A stretch of DNA of 64,000 bases from a virus. Taxonomy: Duplodnaviria; Heunggongvirae; Uroviricota; Caudoviricetes. Numbering within the stretch: position 1 is the stretch's first letter; the number at the start of each line of letters is the position of its first letter. Position numbers and translations under genes: made by a program. The stretch is from IMG/VR virus record IMGVR_UViG_3300031420_000399; one strand, written 5' to 3'. Below, in pieces: positions 1 to 9,445 of the stretch. A model generated the notes under the pieces. It was given only the letters and a program-made list of their open reading frames with translations. It searched no databases and was not told where the DNA came from.

Positions 1-240
1 GGCGTGCCCCTGGGAATTCTCACGGTGCTCGCTATCCTAGAAATTCTCTTCACACACTAAGAAAAGCCGATCACATCCTAAGATTCGTGATATAGTGGCT
101 TCGTACCAATTCCGTAGACAGAAGGACAACCGATTCCCATGACCTAAACCTCCTAATCGCCATCAGTTGAATACCCCGCGTAGTCGGCATCCCGCTGCTG
201 CGTGCTCACTGGGTATTCCTGTATGGAAAAGGAGACTGTC

Positions 241-390
241 ATGGTCGTAATCTACGGACAGAACCGCACCGTTCGCGAGTTCGGAAAGAACTCGGACGGT
301 GCCTGGGAGCTCGCCAGGGAGCTCATGGCCAAGGGCCACGAGGTCTGGGTGCTCGACAAGAGGAGGGCCCACCTCCTCGAGCTGGCCTAA
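241..390 (+). CDS. small hypothetical protein
   Basis: AAGGAG SD 6 nt before ATG 241; in frame with track ORF 202..390. Confidence 0.7.
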   Translation: MVVIYGQNRTVREFGKNSDGAWELARELMAKGHEVWVLDKRRAHLLELA

Positions 391-507
391 GGGCCGGCTC
401 CATGGCCCGGAGCTGGCATGATGCCCCAGCTCCGGGTCACCCCTCTTTCGAAGCGGCCGACAGCAGCCTACCATCGCTGTCGGCCGCTTCCCCTTTGAGC
501 TAGAGGT

Positions 508-1032
508 TCATCGAAAGCGCAGAGAGTGGACCCGAATCAGCCACTCAGGCTCGATGGTCCAGATGCAGGCCTGGACAAACTCCTTGTGCTCAACTGAGAG
601 AACCTTCTTCCAGCTTTCCCGGGTCTCTACCTCGGAGAACTCCCGGTCCCAGTTGGAGATCCATTCCTCCTCGCCCATGATCGGTACGCCGTTGAGGATC
701 GCGTGCCAGTCATCGAAATCTGAGAGTAGGACGAGCTCATCGGGGACCTCGAGCTCGAGGATCACATCGCTTTTAGCGTAGTGGCTGAAGAGCATCCGAC
801 GGCGGTCTGGCTTCTGAATCTCGCCGTGGTTGCGAGCCCATGCCCAAACTGGAAGCCTCACGCCGGCAGGCCGGGTAATCCTCTCGTCCATCTCCACCAT
901 GAGCCAGTCGTAGGCCCTTTGGAATTCCTCACAGAGTCCGTAGTGGGCAGAGAGCTCAGGGTCACAGATAAAGCGCAGGCCTGAGCAAAGCTCGTCAGCT
1001 ACTTCTTTCGGCTGGAAGGACCAGAGTTTCAT
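508..1032 (-). CDS. DUF3841 family protein
   Basis: Motifs LWSFQP, AYDWL..EM, PVWAW, KPDRR, LELEVPDELVLLSDFDDWHAILN. Confidence 0.8.
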   Translation of the reverse strand: MKLWSFQPKEVADELCSGLRFICDPELSAHYGLCEEFQRAYDWLMVEMDERITRPAGVRLPVWAWARNHGEIQKPDRRRMLFSHYAKSDVILELEVPDELVLLSDFDDWHAILNGVPIMGEEEWISNWDREFSEVETRESWKKVLSVEHKEFVQACIWTIEPEWLIRVHSLRFR

Positions 1033-1142
1033 GAGTTACACTTTCTGTTCGCTCCCTATCCTACCACAGGTGTTGCGATCTTCTGCGCCAGATCCGCCAC
1101 TGTCTGCGATAGGATCATCGAGTAGACCCCAAGGAGCAACAA

Positions 1143-1643
1143 ATGAGCCATCTCGAAGCATTCCTCGGTCAGAGTAGAGCAGAACCCGAGCCTCGAGGAA
1201 CCATCGTGAGCTATGTGGCCTCTGTGACCGCCATTCTTCTCGGACTGGGCCTTCTCCTCGGCGGCTTCTTCCTCAAGTCCTACTCGGAGCGGGACGCAAA
1301 GATCTACAGCGCAAGTGCCACGGCGACGGTGCTACCGGACGCTCGGACCGAGGGCGCAGAGGGTGCCGTCGTCTGCACCCTTGAGTACAGCTTCAAGAGC
1401 AGTTCGGGAGAGAGCGTCAAGAGCGAAGCTGCTGAGCTCGGAAGTTGCACGAAGATCCAGGATGCTGGCGCTGAGCGTACTGTCTACTATGACCCGCAGC
1501 ACCCTCAGGTCTCTACGCTCACTGATCCGATGGAGTCACAGGATGGGAACTGGATCTACCTCAGCGGCACGGGACTCGTAGTAGGTGTCGGTGGACTGAT
1601 CGCTTTCCTCTGGCTTCGGCTCCGAAGGACCTCCAAGAGCTGA
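1143..1643 (+). CDS. DUF3592-like membrane protein
   Basis: N- and C-terminal TM helices flanking a beta region with VYYDPQHP; SD AAGGAG. Confidence 0.6.
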   Translation: MSHLEAFLGQSRAEPEPRGTIVSYVASVTAILLGLGLLLGGFFLKSYSERDAKIYSASATATVLPDARTEGAEGAVVCTLEYSFKSSSGESVKSEAAELGSCTKIQDAGAERTVYYDPQHPQVSTLTDPMESQDGNWIYLSGTGLVVGVGGLIAFLWLRLRRTSKS

Positions 1644-1697
1644 CTCAAGATCATCAGTTTGCAACTGTCTCCAGAACCGTGTACAGTTAGGAACATC

Positions 1698-2159
1698 ATG
1701 AAGCACACCGAATCAGGCTCCGAAAAGAGCAGGCAGCGACCGCGTCCGCAGCGTCGAGCCTACCTCGATGACCTCGGTCCGGACTACGAGCCCAGTACTC
1801 AGTGGACCAACGCTCCGGACGGCAAGGACGATGAGCGCCAGCGCCGCTGGGATGCGCAGCAGAAGCGCTACGGCTTCGACAGCCGACAAACCTGGTCGCT
1901 GCACAGCTCCATGGCCGAACTCCTCTACGAACGACTCCAGGCCTACCTCCCCCTCGCGGACAGCTACATCAACCTCGAGCTCCACAAAATCAGCTTCGAG
2001 GGTGAGGAACTCACGCAGAAGGAAGCCATCGAGAAACTCATCGGCTACTGCCGGGATGCCCTCGCGCCGGACTTCGATGGCGAAGACTACCAGGGAGAGA
2101 AGGCAGCTGAGAAGCTCTGGAATCTCTGGGCAGTACTCCACCCCTACATGTGGTGGTGA
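1698..2159 (+). CDS. phage-type hypothetical protein
   Basis: Promoter TTGCAA-N17-TACAGT upstream; GFDSRQTWSL..LYERLQAY motif resembles common phage hypotheticals. Confidence 0.75.
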   Translation: MKHTESGSEKSRQRPRPQRRAYLDDLGPDYEPSTQWTNAPDGKDDERQRRWDAQQKRYGFDSRQTWSLHSSMAELLYERLQAYLPLADSYINLELHKISFEGEELTQKEAIEKLIGYCRDALAPDFDGEDYQGEKAAEKLWNLWAVLHPYMWW

Positions 2160-2259
2160 GCGAGCAAAGGTGCTCCTAACGGCAGAGAGCGCCGATCCCC
2201 GGGTTGTGGTGGCCCAGGTGGATCGGCGCTCTTTCGCTGTGTGCTCTAGGAGTCGGGGT

Positions 2260-2799
2260 TTAGAGCTCTGAGGCGGACTCTGGAGTCACAATGGAGACAG
2301 ACTCTGTGAAGAACTTCTCCTCGGCCTCCTGGTCGGGTGTCCAGTCACAACCCGGAATGATCCAGTTGCCGTCCTTGAGTCGAAGACCCAGAGGCTCTCC
2401 GTCCTGGATCTCAACGATGGATCCCACGGGGAGCTCTCGGATCGACTCCTCTGCGGAGTTTGACCACTCTCTGTAAGCATTGGTCTCAAGATCCACATCA
2501 TCGTCGTACTCAGGCTTCTCCTCAAACTTCTCGATGAGCGGTGTCTTGCGACCCTTGAGCCCGATGGTAGTTCCAGGTTCGATGAGCTGCTCTGTGGCGA
2601 TCTTGAAGAGATACTCGTCGTCCTCTTCGTCGCCGCCGAAGACCCAACCCCAGTTGCCCCGGTTGGGTCCCGAGTTCTGGAAGAGATGACGATAGCCGAT
2701 GTTGGTGGCATTGCCTTCCTCGTCCTGGAGAAGAATCACGGCATCCTCGGGCAGCGCCTGTGCCTCCTCGACAGTGAGCTTCTTGAGTCGCTTGACCAT
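2260..2799 (-). CDS. acidic hypothetical protein
   Basis: Typical codon bias; AGAAGGAG-type SD on the minus strand. Confidence 0.75.
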   Translation of the reverse strand: MVKRLKKLTVEEAQALPEDAVILLQDEEGNATNIGYRHLFQNSGPNRGNWGWVFGGDEEDDEYLFKIATEQLIEPGTTIGLKGRKTPLIEKFEEKPEYDDDVDLETNAYREWSNSAEESIRELPVGSIVEIQDGEPLGLRLKDGNWIIPGCDWTPDQEAEEKFFTESVSIVTPESASEL

Positions 2800-2910
2800 G
2801 TTGATCTCCTTCTGTGGGCAGCTGTCTGTGAGCCTAGATTACCGACGGTTGCGAGGCTACTCGGAATCATGTAGGATCAAACGAATCCATGTCGAAACTG
2901 AGGATTAGCT

Positions 2911-3228
2911 ATGAGTCAGACCAGCCAGATCGTTCCCGTTGAGCACAGCACTCGAAGCATCACCGAGGAAGTGCGATTCCGGCTCCCCAAGGAGGGAACG
3001 CCTGAGATCGGCTTCCGCTTCGGCTCCCATGCTCCTCGCTACGGGAAGATCAGACGGACCACCGACAGCCACGGAGCGCACACTGCTCTCTCCCTGGAGA
3101 CGGCCGACGGTCAGTACTCCCAGATCGCCGATTTCTTCGACGAGGAGATCGCTGAACTCCTCCCTCCGGAGCTCAGCGCAGCAGTGCTGGGGCTCCTCAA
3201 GAACACGGCCATCACCGATGAGAACTGA
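2911..3228 (+). CDS. hypothetical protein, paralogue family A copy 1
   Basis: EEVRF..PEIGF..LPPELSAAVLGLL shared with the next two ORFs. Confidence 0.8.
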   Translation: MSQTSQIVPVEHSTRSITEEVRFRLPKEGTPEIGFRFGSHAPRYGKIRRTTDSHGAHTALSLETADGQYSQIADFFDEEIAELLPPELSAAVLGLLKNTAITDEN

Positions 3229-3235
3229 GAGTACC

Positions 3236-3565
3236 ATGCAGATCAATAAGCTCCACCGCAACATGGGCCGAGATCGAGTCGACGGCTCGACTTCTGAGGA
3301 GATCTGGTTCGAGATCCTCGGCGGTGATGCTCCGGAGATCGACTTCAAGAGCCTGATCTCCGAACAGATCCAACGGCCCACCAGCGGGCTCGTGATCCGA
3401 GAGGTCGATGGTGCCGGCGAGGAGCTCATCACCATCTCTCTAAGCGTGGCCGATCATCGTAGCGGCTACTTCGGATCCGTGCGCTTCCAGGGCGATGAGA
3501 AGATTCTCTCGGAGCTTCCCAAGGAGCTCCGAGAGCCCATCATCGCACTTCTCTCTCCGCGCTGA
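3236..3565 (+). CDS. hypothetical protein, paralogue family A copy 2
   Basis: ATG 3236; EEIWF..PEIDF..RPTSG..LPKELREPIIALL. Confidence 0.8.
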   Translation: MQINKLHRNMGRDRVDGSTSEEIWFEILGGDAPEIDFKSLISEQIQRPTSGLVIREVDGAGEELITISLSVADHRSGYFGSVRFQGDEKILSELPKELREPIIALLSPR

Positions 3566-3620
3566 ACCATCCTCAGCCCACCATTCGTCCATCCCACAGA
3601 CTGCAGAAACTGAGAACACC

Positions 3621-4313
3621 ATGAGCGCCCCCTTCCCGATTTCACCCTTGATCAGTGGCTCCAGGGAGCACATCGAGGAGAAGACCTTCTTCACTCTGGC
3701 GGCAGATGTTCCAGAGATCACCTTCGGAGCTTGGAAGCGCAGGCCCACGAGTGGTACGGTCAGAAGACTTCAGACACCCGATCTCACCTATACTTCGATC
3801 CAGTTCACCACGGAGGTCCCCTCGAAGCTCGGAGGCAGCGAGGCGCTGATCATGGTCTACACTGATGGGGACATCGATGGGCTGCCAGCAGAGCTCAGAA
3901 GCGCCATCCTCGGATTGCTCAGGAGTGAGCGAGAGAAGCCGGCTCCAGTAGCCTCCGTGGGTGTTCCCCTCCTGAAGGCGTTCAAGAACGGCCAGGACTC
4001 CTACGGCGATGTGTCTGCGACCCTGGGCAAGCCCGGCACAGCAGATCAGGATCGGATCATCTTCTGGAGCGGTGACGGTGAATCCATGGGCGCACTCCTG
4101 AGCTGGGTCGAGGGGCTCGGCGACGAGTACCTCGTGGTCATCGATGAGGCGAAGTTCCCGGACCTGGCAGCAGACCTAGAGGCAGCTGCTCTCCTCGAGG
4201 ATGCGGAGATCGGCTTCAAGTGGAGGGGGAAGACCGTCTATCGGGCCCTCGGCCAGCTCCTTGAGCTCACGGGCTCTGGCTTCGAAGAGAGCGATGAGGA
4301 CGCTGGCTACTAG
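3621..4313 (+). CDS. hypothetical protein, family A copy 3 plus C-terminal extension
   Basis: ATG 3621; EEKTF..PEITF..RPTSG..LPAELRSAILGLL. Confidence 0.8.
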   Translation: MSAPFPISPLISGSREHIEEKTFFTLAADVPEITFGAWKRRPTSGTVRRLQTPDLTYTSIQFTTEVPSKLGGSEALIMVYTDGDIDGLPAELRSAILGLLRSEREKPAPVASVGVPLLKAFKNGQDSYGDVSATLGKPGTADQDRIIFWSGDGESMGALLSWVEGLGDEYLVVIDEAKFPDLAADLEAAALLEDAEIGFKWRGKTVYRALGQLLELTGSGFEESDEDAGY

Positions 4314-4376
4314 TTTAGGCTCTAGCGATAGTTTCGCTCTGTAGCACGGTGCTATCCAGAACGAAAGAAGAGACCC

Positions 4377-4829
4377 ATGAGCCTTCGCAGTACCCTCGCA
4401 CTTCATCTCGGAGATCTCAAGGAGAACTCGAAAGACCGAGAATACCGGCTAGAGGCTGAGTTTGGATCTCCCGAAGAGCTCCCCAAGGGCACGCTCAAGA
4501 AAGATGCGACCGGACAGGTCTGGCGCACCGCTCGGGGGAGGCGTAGGAGCTACTGGGAACGCACGCTCACGCTGACTCCAGCAAAGCGCGAGCGCATGTT
4601 TCAGCTCATCGGCTATGGTCGCTGGGTAGCTCTAGCCTATCTCCTCCTGTGGGCTGCCCTCTACGCGCTCAGGCTCGACACGCTCTCCGTGAACGGCATG
4701 GTGCCGACCTATGTGCTAGGTGAGGCAATCAACAGCATCGCTCCAGTCTTCATCCTGATCTTCTTCCTGCGCTTCCTCCCTAAGACAGCGGCGGTCCTCG
4801 AGGAAGATGGCACGATTTCACCGGTCTGA
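4377..4829 (+). CDS. membrane protein
   Basis: Two C-terminal hydrophobic segments. Confidence 0.75.
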   Translation: MSLRSTLALHLGDLKENSKDREYRLEAEFGSPEELPKGTLKKDATGQVWRTARGRRRSYWERTLTLTPAKRERMFQLIGYGRWVALAYLLLWAALYALRLDTLSVNGMVPTYVLGEAINSIAPVFILIFFLRFLPKTAAVLEEDGTISPV

Positions 4830-4895
4830 TCGGGGTGCTGAACTGACCTGCTGAAGGTGTTGTGGTCAGCGTAGATCGGGTGTATTGTTCTCCCC

Positions 4896-5171
4896 ATGGA
4901 CACCCTCGCTTCTTCGACCACCGTCTACTCCACCTCCACGGGTGAGGTCAACCCCTTCATCGCGCTTCCCGAGGCGCTCCAGGGTGAGCTCCAGTTCATC
5001 CAGCTCGCTAACGGCGAGTCCGTCTGGGCCGAAAGCCAGTCGGACTACATGGACGAGTATTGCTTCGTCTGCTCCCGGGCCACCGACCACCGCGGTGAGC
5101 ACGACGACCTGGTGGAGCAGGGGCTCGCCACCTACAGCCGCACCACGGCTGAGGTCTACCGGAACTACTGA
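4896..5171 (+). CDS. hypothetical protein with CxxC..H..H motif
   Basis: Leaderless promoter TTGTGG..TATTGT; YCFVCSRATDHRGEH. Confidence 0.8.
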   Translation: MDTLASSTTVYSTSTGEVNPFIALPEALQGELQFIQLANGESVWAESQSDYMDEYCFVCSRATDHRGEHDDLVEQGLATYSRTTAEVYRNY

Positions 5172-5187
5172 GCTCTAGTCTCTACTC

Positions 5188-5228
5188 AGGAGGGATGGCC
5201 GAATCTTAGGATTCCGGTCGTCCCTCCT
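5188..5228 (+). terminator. hairpin terminator
   Basis: AGGAGGGATGGCCG...CCGGTCGTCCCTCCT directly after the 5171 stop. Confidence 0.75.
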
Positions 5229-5291
5229 CTCATTTTCGCTCCTACGGTACAATGCTCACTGACCACAAGCTTTGAGCATCGAGGAGAGTCC

Positions 5292-5765
5292 ATGGTTCAG
5301 CACATCACTGTGTTCTGCCCTCACGGCAAACAGATCAGTACCTGCGAATGCCCGTCCCCTCTTAAGGCCGTGGTAGTTCGGCCGGTCTGTTCTCTCGACT
5401 GTATTGATCCGCGGTCCGGTGGCTCAGAAGCCTCAGAAAGCCCATCCACCCAACAGGCTACAGCTATTGGGTCAGCCGAACCTAGGACCGATCGTCCAAG
5501 GAGCCGGATCGCAGCCCTGCAAGCGCTGAAATCAGACTGGATCCTCCTCAACGAATACCTTGCGACGAGCGAAGACACTGAAATCTTCGAGCCACTTGAG
5601 CTCGTGCTCAACAGCCTTTGCGAGCTAGCAGCAATCAGGCTTGATAGCGTCGATCCTCGAACTCGAATCACAGCCGAGGGAAGAGTCGAAGATGCCCTGA
5701 GAGGTAGCTACGCCGACCAGATTCATGCGATCAGAGAAGATGGCGAAGGTACCCCGTTGCAGTAG
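5292..5765 (+). CDS. hypothetical protein with Cys-rich N-terminus
   Basis: SD GAGGAG; CPHG..CECP..C..C. Confidence 0.7.
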   Translation: MVQHITVFCPHGKQISTCECPSPLKAVVVRPVCSLDCIDPRSGGSEASESPSTQQATAIGSAEPRTDRPRSRIAALQALKSDWILLNEYLATSEDTEIFEPLELVLNSLCELAAIRLDSVDPRTRITAEGRVEDALRGSYADQIHAIREDGEGTPLQ

Positions 5766-5791
5766 CTTCTCGGATGTGATAGATTCGATCC

Positions 5792-6121
5792 ATGCAGACC
5801 ATCACAGCGAACACGAGCTCCCTGAAGAGCTTCGCCAAGAGCCTCGAACCCAAGCTCATCTACCGGGATCAGGACGGCGACTACATCTATCTCGACGGCG
5901 AGGGAAAGGTGCGGCTCGCGGTGACTTTCGCCGAAAAGGATCCCAGCTTCCACAGTGCGAAGGCCATCGTCAAGCACACTGACAGCTACGATCTCATGCC
6001 TGTCGTCCTGGCTCAGGATCCGATCACCGATGAGCTCATCGTCAACTACTCTCGGCTCGAGCGCACGGTTGAGCCCGACTACCCGGTGGTCTTCGAGCCA
6101 GAAGACCGGGAAGGGGAGTAG
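5792..6121 (+). CDS. hypothetical protein
   Basis: Typical codon bias, co-oriented with neighbours. Confidence 0.8.
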   Translation: MQTITANTSSLKSFAKSLEPKLIYRDQDGDYIYLDGEGKVRLAVTFAEKDPSFHSAKAIVKHTDSYDLMPVVLAQDPITDELIVNYSRLERTVEPDYPVVFEPEDREGE

Positions 6122-6123
6122 CC

Positions 6124-6309
6124 ATGGGTCAGCGCAATCAGGACTGGAAGCGAACTGAGAGCGAGCGCCCCGAGGATGGCGTGGAGGTTCTCACCATGGA
6201 CTCAGGTGGCCACGAGCAGACCCTGAAGCTCAGCGGAAACCTCTGGTGGTTCCCGGACGGCTCCATGTATGTCTACTACACCCCGAAGATGTGGCGCTAC
6301 ATCGGCTGA
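6124..6309 (+). CDS. DUF551-like small phage protein
   Basis: WKRTESERPEDGVEVL..W..YYTPKMWRY. Confidence 0.55.
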   Translation: MGQRNQDWKRTESERPEDGVEVLTMDSGGHEQTLKLSGNLWWFPDGSMYVYYTPKMWRYIG

Positions 6310-6359
6310 TCCGAGAGGCTCAGGTCGATAGTGAGCTCATCTCCAACCGAAGGATCCCC

Positions 6360-6605
6360 ATGCGTTCAGCTGTCTTCAAGGTGCTCGTCGTAGCTGCCTC
6401 CCTCCTCGCTGCTGGTTTCAGCGCCGTGGCCATCGGAAGCTGGGCCATCATCAACTGGGATGGAACTGGCGGGGCTAACATCGGTGCCGGCGCACTGATG
6501 CTCTTCGGCACCGTAGTCGGCTCTGCGGGGCTACTCCTGGCGGCTACAGCTCTAGCGCTAGGGATCGTACACCGGAGCCGTTCTAGGTCCAGAGGAAGGC
6601 GCTGA
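6360..6605 (+). CDS. small membrane protein
   Basis: ATG 6360 with AAGGA SD; two TM helices. Confidence 0.7.
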   Translation: MRSAVFKVLVVAASLLAAGFSAVAIGSWAIINWDGTGGANIGAGALMLFGTVVGSAGLLLAATALALGIVHRSRSRSRGRR

Positions 6606-6608
6606 CCG

Positions 6609-6899
6609 ATGGATGAGAGAAAGCCCAATGACCCAAGAGACTGGAGCGTGATGGGCACTCTGACTCGAGTGCTCTTCGTGGTGTCCATGGTGCTCATCGG
6701 CTTTGGAGCGGTGGGACTCCTAGCGAGCTTCATCTACACACGCACCGGTTGGATCGACAGCTTCTACTCAGCCTCACTCTACGGCAACACTGTAGGCATC
6801 ATCCTCCTTCTTGTGACAACCTTTCGGCTCAGAAATGATCTGGAGCGAGCACGATCCGCAGCCGGAGCTGAAGAGAAGGAAATAGACAGCCATGAGTGA
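6609..6899 (+). CDS. small membrane protein
   Basis: Two TM helices. Confidence 0.7.
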   Translation: MDERKPNDPRDWSVMGTLTRVLFVVSMVLIGFGAVGLLASFIYTRTGWIDSFYSASLYGNTVGIILLLVTTFRLRNDLERARSAAGAEEKEIDSHE

Positions 6900-7051
6900 A
6901 TCAAGAGGCAACGAGCCTAGAGATAACGAGCGCCCAGAGCCTGTTCACGACCACGAAAGCCGCTGCTGCCGAGAGCACGGTGTCCATGTGAACCCCCATC
7001 GAGTCTGCATCCTTCGCTAGGGAGTAGTAAGTCTGGCTTAGGCAGATCCTG

Positions 7052-7080
7052 TTGACAGGCTCGACTTCGAGGCGTAGGTT
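7052..7080 (+). promoter_or_regulatory. sigma70-type promoter, leaderless
   Basis: TTGACA(7052)-N17-TAGGTT(7075); ATG 6 nt downstream. Confidence 0.8.
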
Positions 7081-7086
7081 GAAATC

Positions 7087-7323
7087 ATGAGCGCTCAATA
7101 CTCCCACCCGATCCGCCAGGACATCCCGCTCCTCATCACCTACCCGATCAGCGGCCCGGCAGCGGATTACGCGCTCCTCCACGCCGAAGGTTGCAGCCAC
7201 ACGCTGCGCAAAGGTGTCCGAGAGCCCATGGAGTTCGGAGGAGACGAGAACTACTACTCGGACGACTTCTTCATGGTGGCTCCCTGCGCCAAGCTCAAGG
7301 GTCGCAAGGGGACAGCAAAGTAG
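7087..7323 (+). CDS. hypothetical protein
   Basis: Own leaderless promoter; C3-biased codons. Confidence 0.8.
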   Translation: MSAQYSHPIRQDIPLLITYPISGPAADYALLHAEGCSHTLRKGVREPMEFGGDENYYSDDFFMVAPCAKLKGRKGTAK

Positions 7324-7372
7324 CTTCGACAGGACTGTTGCCGGGCTCAGCCCCTTGGTGTAAGGTAATCCC

Positions 7373-7633
7373 ATGGACACCACTTCGAAGCTCTCCCTCT
7401 GGGACACCGCTAGCTTCAACTCGCTCTCCCGCCGCTGGATCCTCGGCTACGATCCCGAAGGCCTCGACAAGGCGGCCGAGCTCCTCGCTCTCTGCATCAC
7501 CGAAGAGGAGCGCCACTCAGCGCTCTGGTGGTGGAACGAGGGCTGCCGGGACTACGCCGACGGTGAGAAGCACCGGGAAGAGCTCGTCCAGGCCCTGGTG
7601 AACCGGGAGCAGGAGCTCTACCCGCGGAGCTGA
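7373..7633 (+). CDS. hypothetical protein
   Basis: TGTAAGGT -10 element 6 nt before ATG; MDTTS start. Confidence 0.8.
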   Translation: MDTTSKLSLWDTASFNSLSRRWILGYDPEGLDKAAELLALCITEEERHSALWWWNEGCRDYADGEKHREELVQALVNREQELYPRS

Positions 7634-7702
7634 CCGCTGAGGCTCCGATAGCCTCTTCCACTGACAGCTTTCCACAGAACTTCTTTCAGAAGGAGAATTC
7701 CC

Positions 7703-8020
7703 ATGAGCGCAACCCCAGAGCTTCAGGCTACCATGGACGAGCTCGACCGTCGATCAGCTCACCTCATCGACACTGACGCTGAGCTTCTCAAGTCGCTCAA
7801 GGCGTCACGGATCCGCTCGGAGCTCTCGGTCGAGACGGTAGCTGAGCGCATGAGCGTTTCCCCGGAGACGGTGGAGGAGTTCGAGAAGTACTACGCCAAC
7901 CCGACAATGAGCCTGATCCGGCGCTACGCTATGGCTGTCAACCTCGAGCTCACCCACACCGCGGTCGAGCTTCCGATCATCACCGACGAAGATGTCAGAG
8001 GTTCCTTCGAGAACCGTTGA
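7703..8020 (+). CDS. XRE-family helix-turn-helix regulator
   Basis: LKASRIRSELSVETVAERMSVSPETVEEFEKYYANPTMSLIRRYA; SD AGAAGGAG. Confidence 0.8.
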   Translation: MSATPELQATMDELDRRSAHLIDTDAELLKSLKASRIRSELSVETVAERMSVSPETVEEFEKYYANPTMSLIRRYAMAVNLELTHTAVELPIITDEDVRGSFENR

Positions 8021-8073
8021 GCCCAGCACGATACAACAGCTCTGACCGAGATTACCTATCCGAAGGAGCAGCT

Positions 8074-8448
8074 ATGGCCGAGCAGTCCGAAACCCTCGTG
8101 GGAAGAGCATCTCGAGCGCTTGTCTCCATGAGCAGCTGGATCGACGAGGCCAACGCACACCGGGACGCCGAGGCTGCGATGCTCCACCGGCTCATCAAGA
8201 TCACTGAAGAAAATGGCGAGGTTATCCTTGCGCTCATCGGTGCCCTCGGAGCCAACCCCCGCAAGGGAGTCACCAACGGCTGGGACAAGGTTCTAGACGA
8301 GCTCCTCGATGTGGCAGTCACCGCCCTGGGAGCCTATGAGCATCTCGACGGCCATCGAGGTCGAGCCATCCCAGCCCTCCTGGAGAAGATCGAGGCAGTG
8401 GCAGCTCGTGCGGGCGTATTCCAGGGGGATTCTTCTTCAGAAGGTTGA
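8074..8448 (+). CDS. MazG-like (all-alpha NTP pyrophosphatase) protein
   Basis: KITEENGEV..GANPRKGVT..DELLDVAVTA, actinobacterial MazG-like signature; SD AAGGAG. Confidence 0.8.
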   Translation: MAEQSETLVGRASRALVSMSSWIDEANAHRDAEAAMLHRLIKITEENGEVILALIGALGANPRKGVTNGWDKVLDELLDVAVTALGAYEHLDGHRGRAIPALLEKIEAVAARAGVFQGDSSSEG

Positions 8449-8473
8449 CAGCTGCTAGCTTCGGGCGTAGGTT
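8445..8473 (+). promoter_or_regulatory. sigma70-type promoter
   Basis: TTGACA-N17-TAGGTT; -35 overlaps the TGA stop of the MazG-like gene. Confidence 0.75.
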
Positions 8474-8517
8474 GAGCTCTAACCACTCCATCTACTCAGC
8501 CTGAGGAGACCCACCCC

Positions 8518-8802
8518 ATGAGCAACTCCGCCTCCGTCGCCGAGATCCTCGGTCCCGACGCAAAGTTCGATCCCACCACACCCTTCGGCCAGTGGGACGA
8601 TGTGGCGAAGCAGTACGAGAACACCACCGATGTGCTGATCTTCAACTACGACAACATGTCTGTCTCCTACGCCGAGGGCTGGGGCGCCGGTAGCCCGACT
8701 CCGATCTCCGGTGACACCCTGGCCCGCTTCAAGGACATGGTGAGCGAGAAGCCGAGGCTCAAGGACCACAAGTACCCGGGCAAGGCGAAGCCCGTTTCCT
8801 GA
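8518..8802 (+). CDS. hypothetical protein
   Basis: SD GAGGAG; strong C3 bias. Confidence 0.85.
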   Translation: MSNSASVAEILGPDAKFDPTTPFGQWDDVAKQYENTTDVLIFNYDNMSVSYAEGWGAGSPTPISGDTLARFKDMVSEKPRLKDHKYPGKAKPVS

Positions 8803-8857
8803 GCCCCGGATCGGTGCTTTCGAACGCCTCTCAGAATCGCTCCTTGGCAGCCTGAAC

Positions 8858-8900
8858 GCGCAGGCTAGAGATCAACAGTAGTTGTCCCTCTAGCCTGCGC
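8858..8900 (+). terminator. hairpin/terminator
   Basis: GCGCAGGCTAGAG...CTCTAGCCTGCGC followed by TTT. Confidence 0.7.
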
Positions 8901-8998
8901 TTTCGCTGTTCCTGAGGGCACTTCTGTCAGAACCATGCAGATCGCATCACGATACGAGAGGGTTGACTTCCACGCAGAACATGGTGTAAGTTGAACCC

Positions 8999-9445
8999 AT
9001 GAGTCAGAAGCAGATCGACACCGTCAAGGCGTTCCTCGAGGCCCAGGGTCTCATCGAGGGAGAGCACTACGAGATCGGTGCTGGCGAGTCCGGCACCGAC
9101 AACCTGAGCATCACCATCGAGCTCGCTCAGGATCCCCGGCCGCTGCCCGAAGAGCTCCTGGCCCACAGCCACATGGACGATGTGGAGCTCGACCGGGCGA
9201 TCTACAAGGGCTGCAGCTACCGTTCCCTGAGCGGGGCCCGGTTCTACTACGCCCTGGGCAACTACGAGAACAGCGAGTTCCGGAAGCTGCCCGCAGTTGT
9301 AGAGCTCGAGGGCACCCTGAAGGACATCCAAACCGCCGAGGCCATGGACGCTTACGATGAGGGGCTCAAGGGCCTCTGGGCGGAATTCCAGAAGACGCCC
9401 CGGATCGCAGAGCTCAACCGGGAGCTCGAGGAGAACTACTTCTGA
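8999..9445 (+). CDS. hypothetical protein, paralogue family B copy 1
   Basis: Leaderless promoter TTGACT-N18-TAAGTT; FLEAQGLIEG..LPEELL. Confidence 0.85.
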   Translation: MSQKQIDTVKAFLEAQGLIEGEHYEIGAGESGTDNLSITIELAQDPRPLPEELLAHSHMDDVELDRAIYKGCSYRSLSGARFYYALGNYENSEFRKLPAVVELEGTLKDIQTAEAMDAYDEGLKGLWAEFQKTPRIAELNRELEENYF

